A stretch of 64,000 nucleotides of DNA from Syntrophales bacterium (GCA_040767195.1 JAXGPA010000001.1:96001-160000); one strand, 5' to 3'. Positions 19,275 to 29,662 are shown, counted from the first letter of the stretch. The notes: generated from the letters alone by a model not told the origin. Translations and numbers: made by a program.

Positions 19275-20348
19275 ATGAAAAAAATTTCGGCATGGGTTTT
19301 ACTGTATGTGGCCGTGGCGGCATGGGCGTCCTTTCCCTTCGCGGCGTCGGCAGAAACGGCGGGGGCCACCGTCGCCGTCATGCCCTTTTCCAATGTGAAC
19401 AAGGACACGGAAACGGACTGGCTCTCCGAGGGGATCGCCGAAACGCTCACTACAAAACTGGGAAACGTGAGGAAAATACGTCTCGTGGAGCGCCAGCGCA
19501 TCGATTCGATCCTCAAGGAAGTCAGCCTCGGTCAAAGCGGCGCCATCGACCCCGCAACGGCATCCAAGGCGGGAAAAATGCTCGGCGCGGAAACGGTGGT
19601 CACGGGCGCTTACCAGAAAATGGGAGACAACCTCCGGCTCACCGCCCGTTTCGTCAGGGTGGAAACGGGGGTCGTTTCCAACACGGCCATGGTGACGGGC
19701 CTTTACAACGACATCTTTGACCTGGAAGATAAAATCGCCGATGACATCCTGGCCAACCTGGGCGTCCAGGCCACGGCGGCGGAAAAACAAAAAATCGCGA
19801 AAAACCCGACGACATCCGTGGCGGCCTATAAAAACTTCAGCCAGGGTGTCAGCCTGATGAAACAGGACAAATACGATGACGCCAAGACCTATCTCGACCG
19901 GGCCGTCAAGGAAGACCCCGATTTCACCCAGGCCCTGGAAAATCTCGCCTTCGTCAACTGGGCCCGGCCGTCGGCCAATTCAAGCCTGTATCTCAAAAAA
20001 ATAGAGAAGCCTTTTTCCACCGCCTTCGATGCCATGGTCCGGGCCATCCCCAAGGCGGGCATGGAAGTCCGGGGGATCGACAGGAAAAAGGGCACCATCG
20101 TGGCCCACCAGTCCATGGCTCTCCTTCACGGCGGACACGATCTCGAGATCGAGGTCAAAAGCCTGAAGAACGCCAGCGGAGTCCGCATTTTCGCCCAGGC
20201 GGAGGAGAACCCTTTCGCCAAGTACCTCCCCGGCGGCTGTTCGGGCTTCCTGCCCAAGAGACCCCTGTATGACTGGGGACAGAGCCGGGGAGCCATCGAG
20301 AAACTCGTTGACGCCTTCGAACAGGAGCTCTACCAAAGGGGATCGTGA
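19275..20348 (+). CDS. Secreted CsgG/FlgO/TolB-N-like protein with TPR-like segment
   Basis: Signal peptide; VAVMPF, VERQRID.IL.E..L..SG.ID..TA...GKMLGA..VVTG; helical repeat after residue ~185. Confidence 0.75.
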   Translation: MKKISAWVLLYVAVAAWASFPFAASAETAGATVAVMPFSNVNKDTETDWLSEGIAETLTTKLGNVRKIRLVERQRIDSILKEVSLGQSGAIDPATASKAGKMLGAETVVTGAYQKMGDNLRLTARFVRVETGVVSNTAMVTGLYNDIFDLEDKIADDILANLGVQATAAEKQKIAKNPTTSVAAYKNFSQGVSLMKQDKYDDAKTYLDRAVKEDPDFTQALENLAFVNWARPSANSSLYLKKIEKPFSTAFDAMVRAIPKAGMEVRGIDRKKGTIVAHQSMALLHGGHDLEIEVKSLKNASGVRIFAQAEENPFAKYLPGGCSGFLPKRPLYDWGQSRGAIEKLVDAFEQELYQRGS

Positions 20349-20405
20349 CGGGGCGGATCGCCTGATTCTTTCAAGAGATAAGAGTTCTTTTTCAGAGATT
20401 TTCCC

Positions 20406-20434
20406 TTGACAGGAAAAAAACACGGTGGTATTTT
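20406..20434 (+). promoter_or_regulatory. sigma70-like promoter placing +1 at the start codon (leaderless)
   Basis: TTGACA-17 nt-TATTTT with extended TG; ATG begins 7 nt after the -10. Confidence 0.65.
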
Positions 20435-20440
20435 CCACAC

Positions 20441-20902
20441 ATGGCAGCGAGACAGAGAGAGACGGATTTCAACAATTATTTCGATTTTCTCTGGGAACAG
20501 GCCCAGGAACGGAAACTGACCAAGGGCCAGTTCATGAAGGCGTCCGGGCTTTCGGCGCAGCGTTTCAGCGAGTTCACCCAGCAGTCGCGGAACGTCACCG
20601 CCGAGTACTTTCTCAAGATGCTCGGCGGGCTCGGCCTGGCGCCGGAGGACGTGGAAAAAGGAAGCGGGATCCCCTTTTCGGAAGACCAGAGCGTTCAGCT
20701 CAAGTTTGACAGCTTCGTCAGCAGCCAGAGAGCCTTCATCGAAGAGCTGATGCGAAACCCGGAAAAGCTCCGGGCCTGCAAGGCCGTTGTCGCTTTAGGG
20801 GGGGTCTGGGAAAACCGGCAGGTTCAGCGTGTTCTGAACCGGTTGAAAAATGTGAAGGCCCTGCGCCGCTTTTTCAACGTTCCGGAAAGTCCTTCGTCCT
20901 GA
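20441..20902 (+). CDS. Putative XRE/Cro-like HTH protein
   Basis: ERKLTKGQFMKASGLSAQRFSEF...RNVT..Y.LKMLGGLGL follows the XRE HTH pattern. Confidence 0.6.
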   Translation: MAARQRETDFNNYFDFLWEQAQERKLTKGQFMKASGLSAQRFSEFTQQSRNVTAEYFLKMLGGLGLAPEDVEKGSGIPFSEDQSVQLKFDSFVSSQRAFIEELMRNPEKLRACKAVVALGGVWENRQVQRVLNRLKNVKALRRFFNVPESPSS

Positions 20903-20925
20903 TCCTTTCAGAGGGAAAATCGATT

Positions 20926-21441
20926 CTACAGTCCCGCCCCGGAAGGGTTATGGGCGTCGCAGGGGTGTTTTCCGCCCGACCCTGAACGGGGATCGGGAGA
21001 GCGCCCTTTTCTTTCCGCCCTGTCGCACATTACGAGAGTGATAATATTGCGCTGCCCCTCCCGCCTGTAGCGGACCTCATCCACCATGTGCCGGATGAGG
21101 TAAATTCCCAGGCCGCCGGTTTTCCGCCGGGACAGGCTGCCTTCAAAAACCGGTTTTTCCACACTCAAAAGATCGAAGGGGACCCCCCCGTCGGCGATCT
21201 CGATGCTGAAATCCCCTTCCGAATCGTTTCCGCAGAAAATGACGATTTCACCATTACCGCCGGGATAGGCATAGCGACAAATATTTCCCACGGCCTCTTC
21301 CACGGCGAGGACCAGGTCCGTGATCCGCCTCGGACTGAAGCCTGCCCGGTTGGCAGAGGTCCGGACGAAATCCAGAACGGTGTCCAGCCTGTTGATGGCC
21401 GCGGGTATTTTCAACCGTTCCGAGATGACCGTGTCATTCAT
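20926..21441 (-). CDS. Anti-sigma factor / Ser kinase, RsbW-like
   Basis: LAVEEAVGNICRYAY (N box), IADGGVPFD, GGLGIYLIR. Confidence 0.9.
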   Translation of the reverse strand: MNDTVISERLKIPAAINRLDTVLDFVRTSANRAGFSPRRITDLVLAVEEAVGNICRYAYPGGNGEIVIFCGNDSEGDFSIEIADGGVPFDLLSVEKPVFEGSLSRRKTGGLGIYLIRHMVDEVRYRREGQRNIITLVMCDRAERKGRSPDPRSGSGGKHPCDAHNPSGAGL

Positions 21442-21778
21442 TGTCCCCAATTGCCTCCAAGGCTTCGGAAACGGATCCATAAATTTTAAAAATATCTGAA
21501 AAATGAGAGATATCGAAGACTTCCTTAACAGCGCCCGTAAGGCCGGAAAGGTAAAGGGCCCCCTTCAGTTCCTTCAGGTCCTTGGCCGTGGACAGAATGC
21601 TTCTGAGACCGGCACTGCTGATGTACTCCAGTTCCTCCATGTGGACCACAAACCGGGTCTCCCCCTGGGCGATGAATGCCTTCATCCGTTCTTCGAACTG
21701 GGGCGCCGAAACCTCACCCAGTCTTCCCTGAAGGCGGACGATGCGAACGTCCCCGACCTTCTCCGTATCCATTTTCAC
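21434..21778 (-). CDS. STAS anti-anti-sigma factor, RsbV/SpoIIAA-like
   Basis: LEYISSAGLRSIL phospho-Ser motif; V.EVFDIS.F. Confidence 0.9.
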   Translation of the reverse strand: MKMDTEKVGDVRIVRLQGRLGEVSAPQFEERMKAFIAQGETRFVVHMEELEYISSAGLRSILSTAKDLKELKGALYLSGLTGAVKEVFDISHFSDIFKIYGSVSEALEAIGDNE

Positions 21779-22086
21779 ACCCCCCTGTCTTTTCAGTGAC
21801 GGCCTCGGGAAAAAGGGAACTCCCGAAAAACCGTTTCCCGCGCAGTACCTCCCGCCCCTGCCTGTAACAACCGATCCGATGTCTTTACCAGCGACAGCCT
21901 CAAAAAGTTCTTCATATCAGAAAGAGATCTTTCTTACAATCCCGGGTCGCCGATGGCGCCCCCGGGCCCCCCTCTTGTGAAAATTCGATGAGGCGGCCCT
22001 GAAACACGGTTATTGTTCCATTTTTTACAGGCTCATGACAACGGTGATCTTGAGAAATCCTTTTTTTTCTGTTATTTTCTTAAATT

Positions 22087-22581
22087 ATGGTTAAAGATTC
22101 GATTCCCGTAACGCCGGCCGTCCGGTTCCTGAAGCAGCAGGGCGTCCCGTTTGTTCCATGCCCTTACAAATATGAAGAAAGAGGAGGGACGACGGTGGCG
22201 GCCCGGGAACTGGGCGTGAACGAGCACGCCGTCGTCAAGACCCTGGTGATGGAGGATGAAAGGAAAAATCCCCTCATCGTCCTCATGCACGGCGATCACC
22301 AGGTGTCCACCCGGGCGCTGGCCCGTTTTCTGGGCGTCAAATCGATCCGGGCCTGCGACCCCGCGGTGGCCCAAAAACACACGGGATACCAGGTGGGCGG
22401 AACCTCGCCCTTCGGTACGAGAAAGCCCCTTCCCGTGTACATGGAAGAGACCATTTTCGACCTTTCGCTCATTTACATCAACGGGGGAAAACGGGGGTTC
22501 CTTCTCGCCATGCCGCCCGGCGACCTGACGCGGGTCCTTCGCCCGACGCCGGTCCAGGTGGGATATCAGGGCGCCGGGTGA
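22087..22581 (+). CDS. ybaK: Cys-tRNA(Pro) deacylase YbaK/EbsC
   Basis: TPAVRFL, VVKTLV, TGYQVGGTSPFG, INGGKRG. Confidence 0.9.
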   Translation: MVKDSIPVTPAVRFLKQQGVPFVPCPYKYEERGGTTVAARELGVNEHAVVKTLVMEDERKNPLIVLMHGDHQVSTRALARFLGVKSIRACDPAVAQKHTGYQVGGTSPFGTRKPLPVYMEETIFDLSLIYINGGKRGFLLAMPPGDLTRVLRPTPVQVGYQGAG

Positions 22582-23141
22582 CTTCCATGAAGGATGAACT
22601 CCGCCGGTGGTGCAACCGTTTCCATGCCCTCGACCTCGCACCCGTTTACCAGGGCCGCTCATTGGGAAACTTGAGCTTCCGCCTCGAAAACAGGGCGAAC
22701 GCCTTCGTCATAACGGCTTCGGCCCTGGCCCTGAAGGAGAATCTTCCCGATGATGCCTTCGTCACCGTTTACGGGGTATCGGAAAATGATGAACACAAAA
22801 TTCGGGCGGCGGGCGGGAAGCCGCCCTCGTCGGAAAGCCTGCTTCATTTCCGTGTCTATGAGCGCCGGCAGGAAATCATGGCGGTTTTTCACGGTCATTC
22901 CCGGGACATTCTCAAGGCGGCCGAGTTGCTGAAACTACCGGTCACACGGACGGCAGAGCCTCACGGATCGGCGGCGCTGGCCGAAAGCGTCGTTGATATC
23001 CTTGGAGAACATAACTTCGTTATTCTCAGGAAACACGGCTTTCTTTCCCTGGGACGCTCCATGAATGAAGCGGGCGAACGGGCCGTGGAGATGCTGAACC
23101 GATCCCGGGAAACGTTGAAAAGGGAGTCCAGGGAACCATGA
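22578..23141 (+). CDS. Class II aldolase/adducin family protein
   Basis: [28 protein letters not shown]. Confidence 0.85.
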   Translation: MTSMKDELRRWCNRFHALDLAPVYQGRSLGNLSFRLENRANAFVITASALALKENLPDDAFVTVYGVSENDEHKIRAAGGKPPSSESLLHFRVYERRQEIMAVFHGHSRDILKAAELLKLPVTRTAEPHGSAALAESVVDILGEHNFVILRKHGFLSLGRSMNEAGERAVEMLNRSRETLKRESREP

Positions 23142-25213
23142 AAAACGACAGGTCACATGAATTTTTCAATCTGTACCGCCACGGGTTCCTTCGCGCTGCC
23201 GTGTGTCTTCCCGAAGTCCGGGTGGCCGACCCTTCCTTCAACGTGGAAGGGGGGATCCGTCTCGCCAAGGAAGCGGCCCGCAAGGGCGCTCTCCTCGCCC
23301 TGTTTCCCGAACTTTTTCTTTCAGCCTATTCCAACGATGACCTGTTTCAACAGGACGCTCTCCTGAAAGGCGTCCTCGAAGCTCTCGAAAGGCTCGTCCA
23401 TGCCTCCCGAAAATTGAACGTCATCATCATCGCGGGGCTCCCTCTCCGGGTGGACGCCCGGCTTTTCAACTGCGGCATCGTCCTGTACCGGGGCCGGATA
23501 CTTGGCGTCCCCGTTAAGACCTACCTCCCCAACTACCGGGAATTTTACGAGGCCCGCCAGTTCACCGAGGCATCGGAGGCCTGGACGACATCGATTTCCC
23601 TCCTGGGGCAGCAGAACATTCCATTCGGGGCCGACCTCATTTTTTCCGTGGACAACCTGCCGGGATTCAAGCTGTTCGCCGAAATCTGCGAAGATCTCTG
23701 GGTTCCCGTTCCGCCGTCGAGTTTCGCCGCCCTGGCGGGAGCCACGGTCGTGGCGAATCTCTCCGCTTCCAACGTGACCGTGGGAAAATCGGAATACCGG
23801 ACCAGCCTCGTCCTCAATCAGTCAGCCCGGTGTGTTGCCGCATATCTCTTTTCCGCCGCCGGACCGGGCGAATCAACGACGGACCTGGCCTGGGACTCCC
23901 AGGCCATGATCAGCGAAAACGGCAGTCTTCTGGCCGAATCGGAGCGGTTTCGCCAGGCATCCCAGATTATTTACGGGGACATCGACCTGGACCGGCTCGT
24001 CCAGGACCGAACACGGATGAACACGTTTCACCAGAACGCACGCCTTTACAAAGAAAGGCTTTGCCGATTCCGGAACATACCCCTGACCGTGGAGATCCCC
24101 GGGGGCAGGCTCCTTGCCGATCGGGAAGTGCCCCGTTTTCCCTACATCCCCGCCGACCCGGAGAAACGGGATCAGCGCTGCTATGACGTGTACAACATCC
24201 AGGTCCACGGATTGGCCAAGAGGATCCGGTCGTCGGGCATCGAAAACGTTGTCATCGGCGTCTCCGGCGGCCTCGACTCGGCCCATGCCCTCATCGTGGC
24301 GGCCCGGACCATGGATCTCCTGGAACGCCCCCGGTCTCACATTTACGCCTACACGATGCCGGGTTTTGCCACCATGGGAAAAACCTACCGGAACGCCCTT
24401 CGGCTCATGAACTCCCTGAAGGTGGAGGTGAACGAACTGGACATCCGGCCGTCGTGCATGGGGATGTTCAAGGATATCGGCCACCCCTTCGCGGAGGGAC
24501 AGGCCGCCTACGACACGACCTTTGAAAACGTCCAGGCAGGGGAACGGACCTCCCATCTCTTCCGGATCGCCAACTACCGGAACGCCCTGGTCCTGGGAAC
24601 GGGAGACCTGAGTGAACTGGCCCTGGGCTGGTGCACCTACGGCGTGGGGGACCACATGTCCCACTACGCCATCAATGCAAGCGTTCCCAAGACCCTCATC
24701 CAGCACCTCATGCGGTGGGTGGCCCAGTCGGGAATCTTTCCCGAGGAGACGGCCCATATCCTTCTGGATGTTCTCGACACGGAGATCAGCCCCGAACTGA
24801 TTCCCGGCGACGGCGGAGACCAGCCGGCCCAGAAGTCGGAATCGGTCATCGGGCCTTTCGAACTTCAGGATTTCAACAATTTCTACATCACCCGCTTCGG
24901 GTATCTGCCGTCTAAAGTGGCTTTCCTCGCCTACCTCGCCTGGCGGGACAAAAAACGGGGGCACTGGCCGGACATTCCCGAGGACAGGCGTCACGCCTAC
25001 ACCATCGGGGAAATACGGAAATGGCTCGAGGTTTACCTTTACCGTTTTTTCAAAACGAGCCAGTTCAAGCGGTCCTGCATCCCCAACGCCCCGAAGGTCG
25101 GGTCGGGGGGATCCCTCTCGCCCCGGGGGGACTACCGGGCCCCGAGCGACAGCGAGGCCACGGTCTGGCTTGAAAACATGGAGGAAGTCCCCGACAAGGA
25201 TGGAAACGAATGA
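23138..25213 (+). CDS. nadE: Glutamine-dependent NAD+ synthetase
   Basis: Nitrilase domain [22 protein letters not shown]; synthetase [22 protein letters not shown]. Confidence 0.96.
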   Translation: MKNDRSHEFFNLYRHGFLRAAVCLPEVRVADPSFNVEGGIRLAKEAARKGALLALFPELFLSAYSNDDLFQQDALLKGVLEALERLVHASRKLNVIIIAGLPLRVDARLFNCGIVLYRGRILGVPVKTYLPNYREFYEARQFTEASEAWTTSISLLGQQNIPFGADLIFSVDNLPGFKLFAEICEDLWVPVPPSSFAALAGATVVANLSASNVTVGKSEYRTSLVLNQSARCVAAYLFSAAGPGESTTDLAWDSQAMISENGSLLAESERFRQASQIIYGDIDLDRLVQDRTRMNTFHQNARLYKERLCRFRNIPLTVEIPGGRLLADREVPRFPYIPADPEKRDQRCYDVYNIQVHGLAKRIRSSGIENVVIGVSGGLDSAHALIVAARTMDLLERPRSHIYAYTMPGFATMGKTYRNALRLMNSLKVEVNELDIRPSCMGMFKDIGHPFAEGQAAYDTTFENVQAGERTSHLFRIANYRNALVLGTGDLSELALGWCTYGVGDHMSHYAINASVPKTLIQHLMRWVAQSGIFPEETAHILLDVLDTEISPELIPGDGGDQPAQKSESVIGPFELQDFNNFYITRFGYLPSKVAFLAYLAWRDKKRGHWPDIPEDRRHAYTIGEIRKWLEVYLYRFFKTSQFKRSCIPNAPKVGSGGSLSPRGDYRAPSDSEATVWLENMEEVPDKDGNE

Positions 25214-25419
25214 CAAGACAGGCCTATGATGAATTCGACGCCACGGAAATTTACTGCCCCCGGTGCCGCCGGGCCGTCCCGGTGCGGAAACGGCTGCTCC
25301 TCGTGCTCTCCCAGGGGGACAAGTACGATTACAGCTGTACCGTCTGCGGAACCTCTCTCGGCGACAAGATGGATCTGAAAAAGGACAACTTGAGAATAAA
25401 AGAATGGGGACAGGTTTGA
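25210..25419 (+). CDS. Small zinc-ribbon protein
   Basis: CPRC...CTVC; ATGA overlap with nadE stop. Confidence 0.75.
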   Translation: MTRQAYDEFDATEIYCPRCRRAVPVRKRLLLVLSQGDKYDYSCTVCGTSLGDKMDLKKDNLRIKEWGQV

Positions 25420-25467
25420 ACCTGTCCCCATTCTAATTGGTTCGGGGACAAGTTCAAACCTGTCCCC
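25401..25467. repeat. Inverted pair of REP-like palindromes (GGGGACAG-N8-CTGTCCCC)
   Basis: Perfect 16-bp inverted repeat at 25401-25434; second copy at 25444-25467 is the reverse complement with one mismatch; followed by a T-run. Confidence 0.8.
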
Positions 25468-25490
25468 TCTTTTTTTGTTGTTTTACGACT

Positions 25491-26261
25491 CTACCTGCCG
25501 ATGACGTACCGGTAGGGGTCCACTTCCTCTCTCAGGATGGCCAGTTCCTGCTCCGTGGGGGGCGGGTTCTCGACGATCTTTTCCGCCTTGAGAAGCTCGA
25601 AACCGCAGTTCTCCTGAACATCCTTGAGGGCATAGCCGTGGTTCAGGGCGATGATCCGCATCCTCTTGGATTCAGGCTCGAAATCCATGACGGCCATGTT
25701 GGTGATGATCTTGTAGGGACCCGCCCCGGGGGCGAGACCGCACTCGGCTCGGGAATTGCCGCCCTTGATCCAGCCGGGGGTGGTGATGTAGGTGCACTTT
25801 TCCACGAAACGCTTCGAGTCCTGGGGGGTGAGAACCATCATCCGCCAGGCGAAGGAGGCAAAGTCATTGGCACCGCCGCTCCCGGGGAACCGGACTTTCG
25901 GCTTCTGGTGGTCCGAACCGATCCTCGTGGAGTTCAGGTTGCCGTACATGTCGATCTCGGCACCGCCGAGGAAGGTGTAGTCCAGCATGCCCCGGCATCC
26001 CGTTTCCATGACATCGGGCATGGTGCTGGCCATGCAGGCCTTCCAGGTCGTCCGGGAATCGCCCACGGAAATGGGCATCTCGGGAACGAGGGGGGCGACG
26101 CCGCCCGCCTCGAAAATAATGGTCAGGTTGGGGGATTTCGTCTTCTGGGCCAGCATGGCGGCCGCACAGGGGGCGCCCGTTCCCACACCGACGCAGGCAC
26201 CGTCCTCCAGTTCCCTGGCGGCGCTGCATATCATCATTTCCATCACGTTATAGTCAGCCAT
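25491..26261 (-). CDS. gctB: Glutaconate CoA-transferase-like beta subunit
   Basis: VGTG, catalytic IFEAG, FLGGAEIDMYGNLNST, PGSGGAND. Confidence 0.85.
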   Translation of the reverse strand: MADYNVMEMMICSAARELEDGACVGVGTGAPCAAAMLAQKTKSPNLTIIFEAGGVAPLVPEMPISVGDSRTTWKACMASTMPDVMETGCRGMLDYTFLGGAEIDMYGNLNSTRIGSDHQKPKVRFPGSGGANDFASFAWRMMVLTPQDSKRFVEKCTYITTPGWIKGGNSRAECGLAPGAGPYKIITNMAVMDFEPESKRMRIIALNHGYALKDVQENCGFELLKAEKIVENPPPTEQELAILREEVDPYRYVIGR

Positions 26262-26280
26262 TGTCTCCTTACCTCCTCAC

Positions 26281-27273
26281 TTATTGTCTGGCGCCTCTGA
26301 ACAGCCACTCTTTCTGCCGGAGCATCTGCATCTTCCGGATGCCGCCGTTCCTTTCAACGTACTCGAAGTGATCCTGACAGCTGTAAATGTTCTTGTCGAG
26401 GAACTTCTGGAACGCCTCGGGGTCCTTCTCCACCTTGAGCCATTCCCGGAGATGCTCCTCGTCGGAGAAATACTCCTGGTACATGTTCCCCGGATAGCTC
26501 CCGTAGGGCACCTCGCAGACGGCGTCGACGCAGTAGTAAGGGATGAGGGTCTGGGTCGGCTCTCTCCGGATTTCGTCGTTGGGGATGAGCCGTTCGCAGG
26601 TGACGATGACCTTCTTGGAGGACCGGACGATGTCCAGGTCGGACATGATGATGCCCCGCATCCGGCAGTTCCCGTAAATGTCCGCCTCGTGCACGTGAAT
26701 GAGAGCCACATCGGAGTAAAGGGCGGGCACGAGAGCGTACTTCTGGCCCGTGAAGGGGCAGTTCACCGTCACGGCGCCGCTGAACTTGAAGGTGTCCGTC
26801 CCCATCATGTTCCGGATGGGATGGAAGGACACGCCCGCCGCCGCCGCCTTGTACCGGACGGACAGGGTGTAGTTGGTCCACTCGGAGACTTCCACCTCTC
26901 CGCTCTGCATGTAGGCCCGGGCATTGGGGGATAGACCCCGCGCCTCGAGACCGATGATGTAAGCGATGTCGAGACGATTGAAAACCTTCCCCGCGGACAG
27001 GACCTGGAAGTCGTGGGTAGCCGTGTGACCGGCGAGACCCAGGTTTTTCTTCTTCTGCCTCAAGATTTCGTGGAGAGCTGACGTGGCTATCCGGTTGGCG
27101 CCGAACCCGCCGATGGAAATGTAGTCTCCGTCTTTGATCAGCTCGGACACCGCTTCCTTCACGGTCGTGAGCTTGCTCACCAGGGCGCGGCTCTTGTGTC
27201 TGAAATACTCGCGCGCATTGTTCGCATCGGGATCCGTGAAGATCCTTCCGACTCCTTTTTCTATCACGTCCAC
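26281..27273 (-). CDS. gctA: Glutaconate CoA-transferase-like alpha subunit
   Basis: IKDGDYISIGGF, GTD, CPFTG, DVALIHVHEADIYGN, PYGSYP. Confidence 0.85.
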   Translation of the reverse strand: MDVIEKGVGRIFTDPDANNAREYFRHKSRALVSKLTTVKEAVSELIKDGDYISIGGFGANRIATSALHEILRQKKKNLGLAGHTATHDFQVLSAGKVFNRLDIAYIIGLEARGLSPNARAYMQSGEVEVSEWTNYTLSVRYKAAAAGVSFHPIRNMMGTDTFKFSGAVTVNCPFTGQKYALVPALYSDVALIHVHEADIYGNCRMRGIIMSDLDIVRSSKKVIVTCERLIPNDEIRREPTQTLIPYYCVDAVCEVPYGSYPGNMYQEYFSDEEHLREWLKVEKDPEAFQKFLDKNIYSCQDHFEYVERNGGIRKMQMLRQKEWLFRGARQ

Positions 27274-27387
27274 TGTCTGATACCTCCTCCTCTTTATTCG
27301 CCGCTTTCACCGTTCCCTTGACTTGAGAAAGGCGGTAAAAGCTCGATCATTTCTGTGACCAAATTCTCGCTTCAGTGTCTCAAGTCG

Positions 27388-27405
27388 TTGCGACACTTAT
27401 CACAA
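27388..27405. promoter_or_regulatory. Rex/CRP-like palindromic operator upstream of gctAB
   Basis: TTGCGA-CACTTA-TCACAA versus TTGTGA-N6-TCACAA. Confidence 0.4.
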
Positions 27406-27455
27406 AGGGAGAGACTTATCAAGGAAAATCGAAGGCCAGCTCATTGCTTTTCCTT

Positions 27456-27911
27456 TTACTTCCCCTTGTTTTTCATGGCTTTTTCCAGCTTCTGGGCCAG
27501 GAGACCGAACCGGCCCGTCCCCTCGACGGCGACGACATCCCGGCTTTTTTCCCTCTCCCCGGCCCCGCTGAAATATTCCCCGAGAATCTCCCGGCTGTGG
27601 GTATTTTCATGGCAGTACACGCAGAGGTTTTCCCAGTTGCTTCCGTCGGGCGGGTTGTTGTGGTGGTTCCCGTCCCGGTGATGAACCGTGAGAAGATGGC
27701 GGTTCGCCTCGTCGAAGTGGCGGCCGCAGTGGGCGCAGACGAGCCCGTGGATCCGGAGGGAGGTCTCCCGGTAAGCCTCTCCGGGGGATGTCTTCGCCTT
27801 TTCCCTGATATCCCGGACAACCTCCTCGGCGGGGCGCCCGGACACGTCCTGGGGTTTTTTGACTTTGGTCTTGACCCGCCTTCCGTCGCTGCTGAAGGAG
27901 AATTTAGCCAA
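27456..27911 (-). CDS. YajD-like HNH nuclease
   Basis: YRE.SL.IHG.VCAHCGR..LTVHH.DGNHHNNPPDGSNWENLCVYCHENTH; TTG start with GGGAGG SD. Confidence 0.85.
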   Translation of the reverse strand: MAKFSFSSDGRRVKTKVKKPQDVSGRPAEEVVRDIREKAKTSPGEAYRETSLRIHGLVCAHCGRHFDEANRHLLTVHHRDGNHHNNPPDGSNWENLCVYCHENTHSREILGEYFSGAGEREKSRDVVAVEGTGRFGLLAQKLEKAMKNKGK

Positions 27912-27921
27912 AACAGCCTCC

Positions 27922-28530
27922 CTACGCCCCGATCTTCTCGAACCGGCGGGACACTTCCTTCCAATTGAGGATATCCCAGAAATTCTCCACGAACCTCGCC
28001 CGGAGATTTTTGTAGTCCAGGTAATAGGCGTGCTCCCAGACGTCGAGGACCATGAGGAGGGTGAACATGGGGTAGACATTCACGTTGTGCTTCTCCACCT
28101 GCATGATCACGGGCCGGCCCGTGAGCCGGCAGAACGAGAGGGCCGCCCAGCCGGAGCCCTCGACGGACACGGCCGCCTGGGTGAATTCCTTCTGAAACCG
28201 TTCCACGGAACCGAACTCCGAGACCAGGGCTTTTTTAAAAGCGCCCGCAGGCCCCTTTCCCCCCTTCCCCTTCGGCGCCAGGTTCCCCCAGAAGAGACTG
28301 TGGAGGACGTGGCCCCCGATGTTGAAGGACAGTTCCTTCAGAACCGCCTTCTGATCGAAATCGGCCCCTTCCTTCCGCGCCTTGTCGAGTTTTTCCAGGA
28401 GACCGTTGGCGCCCGTCACGTAGGCCTGGTGATGCTTCTGGTGGTGGAGCGTCAGCTGTTCTTCCGAAATCGCCGGCGCCAGGTCGCCGTATCCGTAGGG
28501 GAGCTTCGGCAATTCATAAAAGTTTCCCAT
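27922..28530 (-). CDS. sod: Fe/Mn superoxide dismutase
   Basis: [36 protein letters not shown]. Confidence 0.96.
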   Translation of the reverse strand: MGNFYELPKLPYGYGDLAPAISEEQLTLHHQKHHQAYVTGANGLLEKLDKARKEGADFDQKAVLKELSFNIGGHVLHSLFWGNLAPKGKGGKGPAGAFKKALVSEFGSVERFQKEFTQAAVSVEGSGWAALSFCRLTGRPVIMQVEKHNVNVYPMFTLLMVLDVWEHAYYLDYKNLRARFVENFWDILNWKEVSRRFEKIGA

Positions 28531-28614
28531 GTCGGTTCCTCCTTTTCGCTTTCTTTTCCAATTACTTAGTGGGTAATCCGCCGTTTCTCCGGCAAGGATC
28601 GGAGATCACGCCGT

Positions 28615-29652
28615 TCATGTCTTTTCCAAAATGCCGTCCAGGTCGACGTGCTCTCTCACGAGGCTTTCCAGGAGAGCGACCTTTTCATCGTCCGCCCGGG
28701 TGAGAAGCGGCTCGAAATCATCCACCTGCCGGGCCACCTGGTAGGTGTCGTCGGAGACGAGAAGGAGGGGAATGTTTTTTTCCGACGACCGGGCGATGAT
28801 GTTGGGCGGCGGCACGATGTTGTTCGTGATGACGATACAGGCCGTGTCGCTTTCGAGACCCGCCAGGATCATGTCGCTGCGGTCTCCGCTGGTAATGAGA
28901 AGCTTCCCTTCCCGCAGGAAAAGGGGGTCCCGCTGCGCCGCGTGGGCATTCATGGCCCCGATGAAAACGTTCCGGATCACGTTCCCCAGGCCTTCTTCGC
29001 CGGCGATGATTTTCACGAAAAGCCGTTCCGCCAGGGTCCTCGCCGTGATGAACGTGAGTTCCCGTCGGAGAGGGAGGACACCGAGAAGCGGAATGTCCAG
29101 AGAGGCGATCGCCGCGCCGTGAACGTTGATGAAGTCCTCGCGGTCCGCCGCCTTGTTCACGATGACGCCGGCCAGGGCGATGTCCCCCAGGTTCATGGAA
29201 CGTTTCAGGAACGTCAGGTCGTCCATGACAGGACCCTCGTCACCGCCGAGGACGATGACGAGCCTTCCCCCGGTGCTCTTTGCCAGGGAGAGGGCATCGA
29301 GATGAACCGAGGCGCCGCAGCACAGGTCCGTTCCCGCCTCGATAAAGACCAGCTCTTCCTTTTCCTCGGCGATCATGTGGCGGAGTTTTTCCCCCGTGGA
29401 TTCGGCGTCGTACATGTATCGGATTTTGGCGTGGTCGAAACCGACGCTCATTTCTTCCGGGTCCGAGGAAAGGCCGAAGATCTGGGTCACCAGGGCGGCG
29501 TCATAGTCCCAGAGCCTTTTTTTCCGGTAAAACAGGCGGTCCCCGAACGGCTTGATGTACGTGAACGGTCGCCCCAGGACGCCAGCTATTCCCACGATCA
29601 GGCTGGTTTTCCCCGCGCTTTTCTTCATCGACGCCATGACAATCGGCTTCAT
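28615..29652 (-). CDS. BioD-like P-loop + DRTGG protein (N-terminal part of class II Pta, no catalytic PTA domain)
   Basis: SAGKTS, YIKPFG, FIEAG, GVIVNK, IGAM, ITSGDRSD. Confidence 0.85.
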   Translation of the reverse strand: MKPIVMASMKKSAGKTSLIVGIAGVLGRPFTYIKPFGDRLFYRKKRLWDYDAALVTQIFGLSSDPEEMSVGFDHAKIRYMYDAESTGEKLRHMIAEEKEELVFIEAGTDLCCGASVHLDALSLAKSTGGRLVIVLGGDEGPVMDDLTFLKRSMNLGDIALAGVIVNKAADREDFINVHGAAIASLDIPLLGVLPLRRELTFITARTLAERLFVKIIAGEEGLGNVIRNVFIGAMNAHAAQRDPLFLREGKLLITSGDRSDMILAGLESDTACIVITNNIVPPPNIIARSSEKNIPLLLVSDDTYQVARQVDDFEPLLTRADDEKVALLESLVREHVDLDGILEKT

Positions 29653-29662
29653 GAATTTCACC

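Noticed and set aside
25401..25467. Mini CRISPR array
   Set aside because: Only two units, inverted, very short spacer, no cas genes
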